DNA of 39,443 nt from a virus (lineage: Duplodnaviria > Caudoviricetes). Within the stretch, counting starts at the first letter, position 1. Every line of letters begins with the position of its first letter. The stretch lies in IMG/VR virus record IMGVR_UViG_3300016467_000324, positions 1 through 39,443 of that record, one strand, 5' to 3'. Below are positions 7,780 through 19,830 of the stretch, one piece after another. Below the pieces are notes generated by a model, which saw only the letters and a list, made by a program, of their open reading frames with translations, did not search any database and was not told where the DNA came from. A program made the translations under genes and the position numbers.

Positions 7780-8922
7780 TTAAAAAGGAATTTCCATTTT
7801 AGATTCAATTGATTCAAGTGGAGTTTGATCCACAGAATCAACCTTTTCATCAACTTTAGTATATAGATCCAAGAAGGCATTCTTAGTATCGGTATCAAAT
7901 CGATTTACACAAAGTTCGATTGCTTTCTTACGATCCTTGAAGATACTATAAGCTTTTGCAATATGTACCAATCGACGAGTAGAAATGATTTCATCAGTAG
8001 CACCCTGATCGAATGACATACGAACAACGTCAGCCCATTTCACAAGATTATCCACAAATTCTTCATCAGAAATCAAAGGAGAAAGAATTTTCTTTTCTGT
8101 CTTTGCATCTGGATATTCCTGTTCTACTGTGATTGGGAATCGTTCCAAGAAAGCATCATCCAATACTTGTGAAAGATACCGTCCTTCTTCTGATCCACGT
8201 CCTTTGGTGTTTGCGGTTGCAATGACGTTGAAACCTGGTGCCGGGTGTACCATTTCACCTGATTTCTTGTTGAAATATGGTTTTCCTTCAAGAATACCTT
8301 GCAAGCACATAAGCTTGTTCGAGCCACGATCCACCTCATCAATCAATAGAATGGCACCACGTTTCATAGCGGTAAGAACCGGCCCATCTCTATTAACAAC
8401 ATTACCGTTAACCAGAGTAGGACCACCCAATAGGTCCGATTCATCAGTTTCGATAGAAATATTGACACGGATACATTCCCTCTTGAGTTTAGCACAAACC
8501 TGTTCAACCATCAGAGTCTTACCATTACCAGACAGACCAGTAATAAAGACAGGATAGAACATCGCAGATTTAACAATATTCAACATATCTTTATAAAAAC
8601 CAAAAGGAACATAATCAGGCCATACTTCAGGTATTGCTGAATCAGATTCATCAATCAGTTTAGGTTGACGCAAATGCACTACCTGAGCCATTGCTTCTAC
8701 AGTTTCAGGTACCATTACCTTGGGTGCCACCTGGATGGCACCTGGTAGTGTATATTCTCCCCGACCTGTTCGATACTGCGACTTGGTTACCAACCAGTAT
8801 GGATACTTGACACCTTTCTCCGATACCACTTGTTCAATCTCAGCCCGAGACAATACGACCTTATCACCAAGTACCTCATTAACAGCTTGAATAAAGTCTT
8901 TTTGATTTTTGTTTAGATTCAT
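7780..8922 (-). CDS. MoxR/CobS-family AAA+ ATPase
   Basis: Walker A GLSGNGKT, Walker B LLIDEVD, ATANTKG, LD.AFLERF, ISTRRL; typical of the T4-like phage 'CobS' family. Confidence 0.9.
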   Translation of the reverse strand: MNLNKNQKDFIQAVNEVLGDKVVLSRAEIEQVVSEKGVKYPYWLVTKSQYRTGRGEYTLPGAIQVAPKVMVPETVEAMAQVVHLRQPKLIDESDSAIPEVWPDYVPFGFYKDMLNIVKSAMFYPVFITGLSGNGKTLMVEQVCAKLKRECIRVNISIETDESDLLGGPTLVNGNVVNRDGPVLTAMKRGAILLIDEVDRGSNKLMCLQGILEGKPYFNKKSGEMVHPAPGFNVIATANTKGRGSEEGRYLSQVLDDAFLERFPITVEQEYPDAKTEKKILSPLISDEEFVDNLVKWADVVRMSFDQGATDEIISTRRLVHIAKAYSIFKDRKKAIELCVNRFDTDTKNAFLDLYTKVDEKVDSVDQTPLESIESKMEIPF

Positions 8923-8952
8923 AATATATTTCACCTCATTATTTGCATATTC

Positions 8953-8982
8953 ATTGTATCATAATGTTACTTGACTTGTCAA
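8953..8982 (-). promoter_or_regulatory. sigma70-type early promoter
   Basis: TTGACA-18-TACAAT with extended -10 TG. Confidence 0.6.
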
Positions 8983-9791
8983 CCACAGATTGCATACTCT
9001 GCGAGATTCTTCCAGTTTGCACCAGCTGACTTGCGAATCTTAGTCACTTGAATAAGAGTACGGAGAGACAAATCTTTAACACGATCAGCAAGTGAACCAA
9101 TAAGTTCGATTGCATCAGTCTTAAGAGTTTTGTTATACTCTGGCATGAAGTCTGACTGGTCGATAAGATACCGCATACGGTCAACCTTTTGCTGAGTAGT
9201 CATAGACAAATCAACAGCCATTGAACGTGAGATAATGGCCTGATCCATTGCTTGAGACGGAAGGTTAGAGATAAAGATTACTCGACCTTTGAACTCAAAT
9301 ACATTGGGCAGATCATCATCACGAATATCAGCCTTGTAAGAAATAATACGTTTAGAATAAGAATCAAGAGCACCTTTTAGAATGTTAAGAGATACAGGAT
9401 CCTTGAGAACAGAATCACAGTCATCGAATACAATGACACCATTACGATTCTCATAAAGGGTGCGATACAAACCCTTGGCAGTAGAATAACCTTTGACAAT
9501 AACAAAGGTCTTCTTACCAAGAACATCACCAGGATTGAAACCATCCAGAGTGGTAACATCCTTGAAACCATCATTGATAAGAGTCTGATAGACGGTGTGT
9601 GACTTACCAAGACCACCAGGACCAGTAACAACAACCGATGCTTGGTCGCCTTTGGCGAGCATAGTCACCATATCAGAAACAAAACCAAAACGCTGATTAA
9701 TGGTAAAACGGGACTCGACAACAGACTCGACAACAGAAGCTGCACGATTCTTGGTCATACGGAAACCAGACTTAGGAATACCACGTGGCAT
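8979..9791 (-). CDS. P-loop AAA+ ATPase
   Basis: Walker A GPGGLGKS, Walker B VIVFDD, sensor IFISN, AIISR; start moved to MPRGIP. Confidence 0.85.
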   Translation of the reverse strand: MPRGIPKSGFRMTKNRAASVVESVVESRFTINQRFGFVSDMVTMLAKGDQASVVVTGPGGLGKSHTVYQTLINDGFKDVTTLDGFNPGDVLGKKTFVIVKGYSTAKGLYRTLYENRNGVIVFDDCDSVLKDPVSLNILKGALDSYSKRIISYKADIRDDDLPNVFEFKGRVIFISNLPSQAMDQAIISRSMAVDLSMTTQQKVDRMRYLIDQSDFMPEYNKTLKTDAIELIGSLADRVKDLSLRTLIQVTKIRKSAGANWKNLAEYAICG

Positions 9792-9840
9792 AATAATAAC
9801 CTCACTTAAAAAATAACAAAAAAGAAATTCGTTCACTCAA

Positions 9841-9920
9841 TTTATGGGTCCATTATACATGAACCAGTGGAGATTGCAAGCTCTGGTGGGGAAACAGTCT
9901 GCTGACTGTGGTGAAACAAT
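9841..9920 (-). promoter_or_regulatory. repeated early-promoter module, copy 1
   Basis: TTGCAA-16-TATAAT; plus-strand GAAACA boxes at 9891 and 9913. Confidence 0.8.
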
Positions 9921-11427
9921 CAGCAGTCTTTGCAGATGGTGTCTTTAAGGAAGACCTTGCGGATAGCGTACAGGACGCGAGTGGGTGAGACTAGACCAAA
10001 GACCGCGATAAGCAGTCCAAGAACGACCATAGAGATCCTGGACGCAATGCCATCAAAGAAATTTTGCATCATGTTCGAACTCCTGGCGGGTGACATATCG
10101 GGAAAGAAGTTTTTTATCGACCATTCTATATTGTGTAACAGGAATAACAGGAACTAAATCCAGACCATGTGTATATGGAAGATTCTCTGGTACGCCATCT
10201 TCGGTCCAGGAATATGGATAACTCTTATTATTAATCAACAAGAATCCACTAATAGGATATTCACCAGATACAAATTTGTTGAGTCTGAACCAGTGTCCTG
10301 ATTTTGACTTACATTTACCACCTTGTTTAATATATTCTAAAATATTCATATTAACTGATTATAACTGATTTTTCAATAGTGTATGATTCTTTATAGTAGT
10401 CTGCAAAATCAGGATCTTCGTGAGCACCATAATACCATTCTTCATGCACATTCAAAGCCAATTCACTTTCTGATACATAACCCACATCTTTATAACCACC
10501 CTCATACCCAGGTAATACGACTCTGGTTTCTGGGTCATACTTTTGAAGTTCTTCAATCAGGTTTTTTACTTTCATTTATTCACCATAAACTGGCATAGCC
10601 ATTACATCTTCTGGTTTTATAGGTGAGAACTTTTGTTCACCATCCTCACCAATATACACCCAACCGATTGGTTCTTTGGACTTCTTTATACCATTAGAAA
10701 AATTACCAAATGGTGATTGTGACATTCGCAATGATTGATATTCCGCAAGTTTTGCAGGATCAATATTAGATTTCTCCAATGCAGATTCTAATGATTTTGC
10801 AAATTCCCCCGAATACATATATTTTGTCATTTTTTGGACTTCACTTTCCAGATTATTAAATCTGGAAAAATCAATATTCATTCCCTGTAATGTATCAAAC
10901 ATTTGATTTAAGGTGTCTCTGGTAGATTCCATTGTACCTTTAATTTTTTCAAATTCCGTTTCATTGAATTCTTTATTCTTCTCTGAATTACATCCACAAT
11001 CATCGTCTATATTATTTGTTTCTTTCATCCATGTATTCCTTTTCCAATGCAAATTTAGAAGAAAAATAGGAAACAATATCCATTAATAGTATACAACTCA
11101 TCAAAACTAGAAAATCCATTAGTTTCTTGGTCGGATCAAATCCATGTGTGTAAAATAGATGAGCCGCAATAAGATAGATTACTAGTTTGACGGCAATAAA
11201 CATTACATTTTAACCTCAATAAAAGTGCGCTTCCGTTTATCAAAAGGCATGGGTTTACTAAACATAAAGGGAGTATTCTCACCATTCTTTATGTATCCAG
11301 AGACCTTTGACGATTTCTTATTATCAAAGATGTAGATGTGGTTTGGTGTTGAGTCAGTCCACTTGGTGGTTTCTTGTAGATAGAAATATGTTTTCATATA
11401 AATATATAGTAATTATTGGAGAAAGAA

Positions 11428-12078
11428 ATGTATTATGTCTATTTTTATTTGCGAACAGACGGAACACCATATTATGTTGGTAAAGGAACGGGAATCAGAG
11501 CTTATAAGCATTGTAAAAATGACATAATACATACACCAAAAGATAGTTCTAAAATTTTAATATATCACGACAATCTTACCGAAATGTGGGCTTTCATTCT
11601 AGAAAGGTACTACATTCGTTGGTTTGGTAGAAAAGATATAGGAACCGGTATTCTCCGAAATAGAACTGATGGTGGTGAAGGATTCACTGGAACCAAATCA
11701 GAAAAACATAAAAATAATATTTCAAAATCACTTAAAGGTAAAACCAAAACCAAAGAACATCGTCACAACATATCTAAAAGTATGACTGGTAGAGTACCTA
11801 CTGGGGGGTTTAAAGGACAGTCACACAAAGATATAAGCAGATCCAAAATATCTAATAGTCTTATCGGCAAAACAAAAGGAATGATTACTGTTAAAGACTA
11901 CCAAGGAAATAAATTAAAGGTATATAAAAATGACCCTAGGTTTATTAATGGTGAACTAGTGCCTATAAATTTCGGAAATAGTGTTCATTATCCGAATGTA
12001 ACCTGTAACAAATGCAACAAATCCGGAAAAGGACCTAATATGACAAGGTATCATTTTGATAACTGTAAATCATTTTAG
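11428..12078 (+). CDS. putative homing endonuclease (GIY-YIG-like domain, NUMOD3-like repeats, C-terminal Zn knuckle)
   Basis: YYVYFY.R.DG.PYYVGKG, LRN.TDGGEG, three H/K..IS.SL.G repeats, CNKC...RYHFDNCK; TATAAATA at 11397-11404. Confidence 0.8.
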   Translation: MYYVYFYLRTDGTPYYVGKGTGIRAYKHCKNDIIHTPKDSSKILIYHDNLTEMWAFILERYYIRWFGRKDIGTGILRNRTDGGEGFTGTKSEKHKNNISKSLKGKTKTKEHRHNISKSMTGRVPTGGFKGQSHKDISRSKISNSLIGKTKGMITVKDYQGNKLKVYKNDPRFINGELVPINFGNSVHYPNVTCNKCNKSGKGPNMTRYHFDNCKSF

Positions 12079-12292
12079 AATGCCCATGACCCATATTCAG
12101 CAATATCTTCAACATCAACCTGAACCCATCGACCTTTTCTGGTCAGTTCAAGACAATAATCTTCATCCAATTCGGTACCAACAAACTTATCACAAGCATT
12201 CAGATCAACCCAACCATACTCGGTGCACCAATACAGGTTGGTATAATCTGGATTCTGTAGTGCAAACATTTTCATAACAATCTCCAATCAAA

Positions 12293-12333
12293 TTATGGTA
12301 CCATCCTATCACAACCGGCCAGGATGGCAAGCC
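12293..12333 (-). promoter_or_regulatory. repeated early-promoter module, copy 2 (core only)
   Basis: TTGCCA-16-TAGGAT with extended -10 TG; no GAAACA boxes. Confidence 0.7.
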
Positions 12334-12864
12334 CTAAAGCCCAGGATTTATCCAAATTCCAGGATTTCTCTCTGTATCATCATTGACTCCAAAACCTTCT
12401 ATGTATATTTGTTTCAAGATTCTAACTTGGTACTTTGCACCTTTCTTGATATGATCCACCATTTCAATATATTCCCATTCAGGAATGTTTATCCATGGTG
12501 ACCATCGAACATAGTTTGGAGTATCTTCGTCCTCTGACCACCATCGACCCTGGAAGATACAATAATCCGGTACTTCAAATCCCATTTTGTTTATCCTGGG
12601 GCTTGACAAAGGTATTTCCACTTGATACCATAACTATGTCCTCCGATGATGAGATTAATTACCAAGAATTAATAGGGGTTGTTTATTATCATGATAATCA
12701 TTACCAAGAGGTTCAATCATGATATTATCCACAGAGAAGAATTCAGAATCTTCATAAGATGCCATTACAGTACGGTTGAGCATCGAAGGTTCCCATTCTG
12801 CCATCAATTCAAGTTTTTCAAGCAATTCACGATACAACATTTAAACACCTATATAAATTAAAAA

Positions 12865-13458
12865 ATGAAAGTTTATAGTATATACAAAGCCACAAATGTA
12901 ATCAATAACAAAGTTTATATTGGATTTGATTCTTGTTGGCCAAACCGGATACAACAACACAAATATAATTCAACTAAAAGACCTCAAAAATTTTATTGTG
13001 CAATACGAAAATATGGTTGGGATAATTTCACTTGGGAACTAATATACCAATCTTATGATTTGGATCATACATTGAATGAAATGGAAAATTTTTTCATTTT
13101 GGAATATGATTCTCTTAATAATGGTTATAATACTACTTTGGGTGGAACCGCTCCCATGTTGGGATTAAAAATTCCGACCGAAACCCGAATCAAAATGTCT
13201 ATGGCAATTAAAAAATTTTGGTCAACTGATGAAGGCCAAATACTAAAATCCAGTATTCAAAAAAATAATTGGACAATACCTTCATACAGAGAAAAATATG
13301 AAAAAAACTATATTGTTATAAATCCTAAAGGAGATCAATTTAAAGTCAAAAATTTAAAAAAATTTTGCATAGAAAACAATTTACCTCATAGCAATATGTA
13401 TAAAGTTGCTAATGGAAAAAGAAAAACTTGTTGTGGTTGGATTGCCTATAAAATTTAA
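12865..13458 (+). CDS. GIY-YIG homing endonuclease (Seg/I-TevI-like)
   Basis: SIYKATN..N.KVYIG, R..QH, AIRKYGWDNF, E..FI..YDS...GYN.TLGG; TATAAATT at 12852-12859. Confidence 0.88.
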   Translation: MKVYSIYKATNVINNKVYIGFDSCWPNRIQQHKYNSTKRPQKFYCAIRKYGWDNFTWELIYQSYDLDHTLNEMENFFILEYDSLNNGYNTTLGGTAPMLGLKIPTETRIKMSMAIKKFWSTDEGQILKSSIQKNNWTIPSYREKYEKNYIVINPKGDQFKVKNLKKFCIENNLPHSNMYKVANGKRKTCCGWIAYKI

Positions 13459-14759
13459 ACATATTAATTTCCCTTTTTCAGTTTTTCCAAATTGTGTTCA
13501 ATAGAATCAAGAGTCTGCATAATCTCCTGATACTTCTTGTCATTTTCACATTCCTTTTCAGAGAATTGGTATTGTTGTGTAGAATCTTTAATGAATTCTC
13601 TACGGTCAGATACGACCTTATCTATAAACAAAGACAAACCAATAATACCTAAAACAATTATAATTGTGTTCTTATTCAATTTTCATTTCCTCAATCAATT
13701 TGCGTTTCTTATCCATATCCCAGTCAATGTAATCACACAGACAAAATTGGAATTCAAAGACAGTTTCATCAATAGGTAAGTAATCAAACTCTTGACAAAA
13801 GTGTTTAAATTTTCCTGTCAATACTTTACCATAATGGTGCATACAATCTTCATTGAATTCACTCCAATCACTCATCAGGTTCTCCCATAAATTCAGGATC
13901 AGAGATATTCTCTGCAATATCACAAATCAAGTAAAACGGGTCACGCCGAATCGATTTAGAATCTGGTAGTGATTCCCAAAACCTATGCCAAAACAATACA
14001 ATATCTTTCTTATTCCACGGTTCACCATACTCCTCAATCAAAGTATTGGCAATATCCGTGTAATAATTATTAATGATTACCTCATGAATGCACTTAGCGT
14101 GAGCTTCACCAATGTTATTAACTGTTACCTGCATATTTACCTCACATATAATCTTCGTCAGTACCAAAACCAGCACTTGCTAGTCCACTTGCATGGTCAC
14201 CATCCATGTCACCTGGATCAGCATCCTCATCATAATCGGTATACCCAACCCAATCTGCCTGATCCAACAGTTCACCATCAGATAGGTCACTCAGGAAATC
14301 CATAGTACCTTCATAATAATAATCCTGTAGTGTTTCAAGATCGGCGTTTTCGACCATGTATTCGGCCAAACGATCCATAAATTCATTACGATCAAACTTA
14401 GACATAATTAAACTCCTTCAATTTCAGCAAAACAATCAAGACAATTTGCGACACGATCAGACTCAGCCATATAGAATACCCAATCTCCTACTTCTTTACG
14501 ATCCTCCTTGTCAACATATTCAAAACCACCATAATACTGTAGGGAACGATCATTATAACTGCGAACTGCAATACATTCGTCATTCACGAATAGAGAATAC
14601 CCAGCACGACTATCAAGACCCAACTTTTCTGCATTGGTCTTGGTCATATGTTTAACAATAAAATTCTCAACAGTATTGGTTACTTCCTCAACCAAACTCC
14701 AAACATTATCAATATCTTTCATAATATAACTCCTAATTAAAAATCAATGTGTTGTCTCA

Positions 14760-14940
14760 AACTATGGATACATTTTATCACAACCACGGTGGATGTCAAC
14801 CATGCGGATGGCAACCGGGAAGAAACAGAGCTGGCAGGATTTGTTAGCGGCGGAGGGTGAGGTTCTGCAAGGCAGAGTGTCTGTTAAGAGAGAAGGACGC
14901 AACCAGGAGGGAATTGCGTCCGTAAGTTATTGATTTTATT
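14760..14940 (-). promoter_or_regulatory. repeated early-promoter module, copy 3, with IHF-consensus site
   Basis: TTGACA-16-TAAAAT; GAAACA at 14822; AATCAATAACTTA at 14923-14935. Confidence 0.8.
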
Positions 14941-16729
14941 TGTCTTTGAACCACTGGATTGGTGTGTGGAACTTTTCATACTCGGAAATGATGGTCTCAA
15001 ATGATACCAGTTCTTCTGTCTGGTATTCACGCAACCATAATGAGAGTTTATTCCAATCTCCTGTGTGCATAATGGGTACACTATATTCTGTACCATATAT
15101 CTCATCAGGTACACCAGATATATCTATACGACCAGCCGACCAATGAGTACCATTTTCTCTCAACCATTTCTCATTGATTGGACCCATTAGATTGAGGTAA
15201 TAGTGTATCATTCTTCAATACCGAAATGATTTAAAATATAACTATATGGATAATGTTCTTCTCTTAATGCAATCTCAGCACATCTCCTAATCAATAGTTC
15301 AGTATACTTCTGAAATTCATCATCATAATCTGCCGACCAATCAATCATTGCACCATGCGGTTTCCATTCTTCATCTTCCCAGAAACAGAAACCAGCTTCT
15401 TCTGCAAGTTCAATCATTCTCTTATTCATTACAGTTCCTTATTACTGACCAATTCATCAAACATATCAAACAGTTTTGTAAACTTCAGTTCATATAACTG
15501 TTGCATACCCAATAGTGTATTAGCAATCTGGTCTTGACTCAAATCCTGTTCAACTACACCTTCAAATAGTGTATTAATATCTTTTGTTACATTCCAACAA
15601 TCAAAAATCTGTTGTTCAAAATCAAATCTATTACTCATCACAACCACCTTTAATTTCAAGAATCTTTGTCTTACTAGGATTTGCACCATCAATACCCCAA
15701 TGATAAGGTGAATATGCGGCATTAGATACGATTAATGCAAGTAGGAACCACCAACCAGAACGACCTAAAAAGAATACTGCATAACCAGCACCACCCCAGA
15801 TTAGTGCTTCAAAAACAATAATATAAATCAGATATGTAATTTCTTTCACGAATTTCTCCAAAAACTATACCAAGGTTTATTACGAATATCTTCATATTCA
15901 ATACATTTTGTTTCTTCTTTCTTATCCCAAGATATATAGAACGCCACACTATATGTAAATGCCTTATATCCATTATCGTTTAGATAATTAACTACTTCCT
16001 TAATTTGTCGTTCTGATAACTTGGCAAATACTTCATCATAATTAATATCTGGATGATACCTGTAACAGAAGTCAAATCCAGAATTACCTTTTGAAGTTTC
16101 TTCTGTAATCCTCTTATTAAGGTGTTTGATAACCTTAATCATATCCTTATCCATAAATTCTTTTACTGAATTCTCTTGCATATTTCTAGCTTCTTCAGCA
16201 GTAATTAGTTTTGTCATTTTGAACCATCCTCACTCCAAAACTTTCCACAATCATGACATTTAAACTCAGTCCAATAACAATCACACGATGGATCATAATT
16301 ACCAGTATCCGCACGATGTTTCTTACTTAAATTAGTATGAGGGCATTCTTCCTGTAATTGTTTCAGTTTGTGATTCCACTCAGAAATCTTCTTCTGAATA
16401 CTCTCACGTTTTCGTTGAATCTTATTCATGTAAAATGTCTCTCTAAATTATGTTCCTTTATATAACCCCAATAATCATAAGATGGAATACCACTATGATT
16501 TGATAGAGTAGATGCAAAAACAAACAGATTTAATAGTAAAGCTAGTTCATATGGAGTAATATCCTGTTGTGGTTTATAGATATGTTTAGCACCATTACTA
16601 TAAGTACCATCAATGATATTAATATCACCAACAGGTAACAATGTATTGAATGATACACCTGTTACTGCATATTTACTAAGTTCCTCATCGGTGAAGGTTA
16701 GTTTTGCATCGGAATCTGGTTTATATGTT

Positions 16730-17011
16730 TCATTCATCATGAAATTCCACGGTTTTAAATGCCTTTGTTTCCCCATCAAATACGAATACTAAATGGAAAT
16801 TGTTATTAGGGTGTTGACTCCATAATCTTGCTCTAATATCAGGTTTAGATTCTGGTTTAGATTCTGGTTTAATACGGTATTGATGATCCTCAAACCAAGT
16901 AGGAATATCAATATCAACCCAACCTCTATTATAATATTGGTCGTAAAATTGAATTTGCTTACCTTCTGCCCACGCAATAATACAATCATAATGTTTGTGC
17001 CTTTTACTCAT
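16730..17011 (-). CDS. hypothetical protein, paralog of 17008..17454
   Basis: HKH.D.I.AWAEGK.IQ...YRIKP...FDGET pattern shared with the neighbour. Confidence 0.7.
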   Translation of the reverse strand: MSKRHKHYDCIIAWAEGKQIQFYDQYYNRGWVDIDIPTWFEDHQYRIKPESKPESKPDIRARLWSQHPNNNFHLVFVFDGETKAFKTVEFHDE

Positions 17012-17454
17012 AGCATTTTAACCTCTTTCAATTTGCCAGTTTCACCATCAAATGTGAATTTGACATTATCAGGGTAATTATACTCATTCCAACATAATTG
17101 ATTATCATCATCAAGGTAAATACGACCAGTTTTTGTAATATCAGGTTTAGGTTTAATACGGTATTCATGACCAGAATCAAATACATTTAAACTTTTACCC
17201 TTGACAACATCCAACCATCCAGAGTTCCAAGCTGGATTAATACAGTAATACTGAACAGTTTCACCTCTTAAATAAGCATCAATAACATCTTGATACTTGT
17301 GCGGTTTAACTCTCCATTCAATTTGGATATTATTGAATTCTGGATTCATATTATGAGGCAAATCCTCCCAATCATAATTAATAAATCGCCATTGAATCTC
17401 TTTACCTTCTGCATATGCGTGAATAACATCTGCCCACTTATGTTTCTTACTCAT
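17008..17454 (-). CDS. hypothetical protein with two internal repeats
   Basis: HKWADVIHAYAEGKEIQ...WRVKP and HKYQDVIDAYLRGETVQ...YRIKP. Confidence 0.7.
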   Translation of the reverse strand: MSKKHKWADVIHAYAEGKEIQWRFINYDWEDLPHNMNPEFNNIQIEWRVKPHKYQDVIDAYLRGETVQYYCINPAWNSGWLDVVKGKSLNVFDSGHEYRIKPKPDITKTGRIYLDDDNQLCWNEYNYPDNVKFTFDGETGKLKEVKML

Positions 17455-17490
17455 TTCTTTTCATCCTTCAGTAAAATTTACATAAATAGT

Positions 17491-17519
17491 ATTATACACT
17501 ACAAAAGTGTATCCGTCAA
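17491..17519 (-). promoter_or_regulatory. sigma70-type promoter at the endonuclease insertion boundary
   Basis: TTGACG-17-TATAAT. Confidence 0.7.
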
Positions 17520-17584
17520 GCAATAAAAAAGGGTATCGCCGGTGGTCAGACCGCATACCCAGTAATACTATTAGGGAGTATCAC

Positions 17585-18307
17585 ATGGATATTTATCATC
17601 CTGTCAAAACTTGTTCTAAATGCGGTATTGAGAAATCAATTACCGAATTCAATAAAGACAATAGATCAAAATCTGGTTTACAGAGTAAATGTATCGGTTG
17701 CCGCAGAGAACATTATCACACCAATAAAGAAAAATACAAACAAAAAAATAAAGAATATCATCAAAATAATAAAGAAATTATAATATCAAAATTATGTCCA
17801 AAGTGCGGTCAAGTAAAATTATCAACAGAATTTAATAAAGATAATAACAGAAAAGACGGACTGCAATATCAATGTAAATCTTGTTTGAATAATTACCGAT
17901 CAGATAATAATAACAGAATTAAATTATATGGAAAAACATATAGGACAAATAACAAAGAAAAACGTAATACTCTTTATAAGGAGAGATTAAAGGCCGATCC
18001 AGTTTTTAAATTACAACACAATATTCGTGGTTTAATTAGAAAAAGTATAAAACAAAAAGGATACAGAAAAAACACCAAAACTGCTGATATATTAGGTTGT
18101 GATTGGGATACATTAAAAGAACATTTAGAATTCCAATTTGATGAAAATATGAACTGGAACAATCAAGGTACATATTGGGATATAGACCATATTATTCCAG
18201 TATCATCAGCTAATACAGAAGAAGAAGTAATAAAACTTAATCATTATACTAATCTTCAACCATTAGAATCATATTATAATAGGCACGTTAAACGAAATGT
18301 GATATAG
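17585..18307 (+). CDS. HNH homing endonuclease with two N-terminal C4 zinc ribbons
   Basis: CSKC...CIGC, CPKC...CKSC, W.IDHIIP.S...NHYTNLQPL...N; GGAG before ATG 17585; CATAAATA at 17481-17488. Confidence 0.85.
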   Translation: MDIYHPVKTCSKCGIEKSITEFNKDNRSKSGLQSKCIGCRREHYHTNKEKYKQKNKEYHQNNKEIIISKLCPKCGQVKLSTEFNKDNNRKDGLQYQCKSCLNNYRSDNNNRIKLYGKTYRTNNKEKRNTLYKERLKADPVFKLQHNIRGLIRKSIKQKGYRKNTKTADILGCDWDTLKEHLEFQFDENMNWNNQGTYWDIDHIIPVSSANTEEEVIKLNHYTNLQPLESYYNRHVKRNVI

Positions 18308-18308
18308 T

Positions 18309-18668
18309 TTACTTACCTTTACCATCCACATCTTCCATTAGTTTATCTATATATTTTTCAAATACTTGAACAGACTTACCACCAATTCTATGAGCTTCAT
18401 CAGACTTGGCAATTTCCAATAGTCCAGTACCAGAGATAATAAACAACATTTGATTCTTAGTGGGGATCAATACAGCAAGAACCATAAAAGGAATAAAAAT
18501 CCATTTATATGACAATAACTTGTTACCTGTTTTATCAGTATACTCATCAAATGAGAATATAAAACCTAATGTCAATGCAATCAAACCAAGAATAGAACCC
18601 ATTACCAAGATGCCATTAATAGCATCCAGACGGGTCAATAGATACAACCAGAATACTTCACTATACAT
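18309..18668 (-). CDS. hypothetical membrane protein
   Basis: Two to three hydrophobic segments. Confidence 0.6.
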   Translation of the reverse strand: MYSEVFWLYLLTRLDAINGILVMGSILGLIALTLGFIFSFDEYTDKTGNKLLSYKWIFIPFMVLAVLIPTKNQMLFIISGTGLLEIAKSDEAHRIGGKSVQVFEKYIDKLMEDVDGKGK

Positions 18669-18862
18669 TACTTCAATCTCCTCTTATATGCGTTCAATGC
18701 CCTTTCTGCGGGACTGGTTAGTAGTAGATAAATTGTACCAAGAATAGCGATAATACCCCACACAATAAGAGTAGGTGACAATACCCACCACCAAGACCAA
18801 TCAATATAGTGTGTTAGTTTCAATGTAATAAAAATCAACGTCAATACTTCTGAAAAACCCAT
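18668..18862 (-). CDS. small phage membrane protein
   Basis: LTLIFITLKL...IDWSWWWVLSP motif, common in phages. Confidence 0.7.
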   Translation of the reverse strand: MGFSEVLTLIFITLKLTHYIDWSWWWVLSPTLIVWGIIAILGTIYLLLTSPAERALNAYKRRLK

Positions 18863-19240
18863 TAGTGCAATTCCCCCTTAACACACTCTATACTTTTCAC
18901 TTCCTTTCTCTTACCAATAACCTCTTTGGTTACTTGCAACATTCTATTACAATCCGTTTGATTTTCAAATACTGCAACCTTGGCTGGTACTACAGGATCA
19001 ATAAACAATACGATTAATAACCATGCGTTCATTTATTTCCCCTTGAATAGGTATGAGGTACAACGGGCACCAAGGCCATCTGGTACTGGATTAGGACCAC
19101 ATTCCCAATGCTTGGCATCCAGTGTAATGGTATCAGGTAGAATAGACACAATACTAGCGGCAGTGAGACTAATAAGGATTGGCCATACAATCCACCAATA
19201 AGTCAGAGACAATTCACCAATTTTATCAAGATACTTCATG

Positions 19241-19819
19241 TTACTTGCTCGCAAAAAAGATATGGTTACCAATAATACCTGTACGTTTCATATTAACATT
19301 CCAATATGGATCAACATAATTGGCATGATAATGGTCAGTATGTTCCAGATTTTTAACTCTAACACCATTCACAAACATTTTAGCTGCGTGTTTTGATGCC
19401 TCCCATTCTCTACCATGTGGTTTCTCTTGAGTATTAAGAGTCCAAGAGAATTGACTTGGTGCATGAACCGCACCACAGAATGACCCAACCTTCTCAGCAC
19501 GATTAAATGTAGTGTGAGCTACTGCAATCTTACCGATATATGGTTCACCTCTGGCTTCATAATAGATATTCTCTGCAAGACAGGTGAATTCCTTTTCATC
19601 ATTAAATACAATCTTGGTCTTGTTATTATATAAACTTGGACCTTTAAAAGTATTAATTGGAACTGGTTTTACCTCTGTTGGCTTCTCCAAGAATACCTCA
19701 ACCTCACCTCGCTTATCTATCCTATTAATAGTCTTCTTCATTTCTGCTAATGCCACCGTATTAGCAAGAGTGAGTAGAGCAAAAATATACAACACGACCT
19801 TATCACTATTATTGAACAT
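19241..19819 (-). CDS. SleB/CwlJ-like cell wall hydrolase (Hydrolase_2)
   Basis: CLAENIYYEARGE, AVA....NR, QFSW, YHA.YV.P.W, IGNHIF; N-terminal hydrophobic anchor. Confidence 0.9.
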   Translation of the reverse strand: MFNNSDKVVLYIFALLTLANTVALAEMKKTINRIDKRGEVEVFLEKPTEVKPVPINTFKGPSLYNNKTKIVFNDEKEFTCLAENIYYEARGEPYIGKIAVAHTTFNRAEKVGSFCGAVHAPSQFSWTLNTQEKPHGREWEASKHAAKMFVNGVRVKNLEHTDHYHANYVDPYWNVNMKRTGIIGNHIFFASK

Positions 19820-19830
19820 AATATGTTACC

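Noticed and set aside
7780-8922. cobS as a cobalamin auxiliary metabolic gene
   Set aside because: It is the MoxR-type ATPase widespread in T4-like phages; no cob genes or VWA partner in the window.
16843-16872. Short tandem repeat GGTTTAGATTCT x2
   Set aside because: Simple in-frame 12-bp duplication (KPES KPES) in a linker; no further structure.
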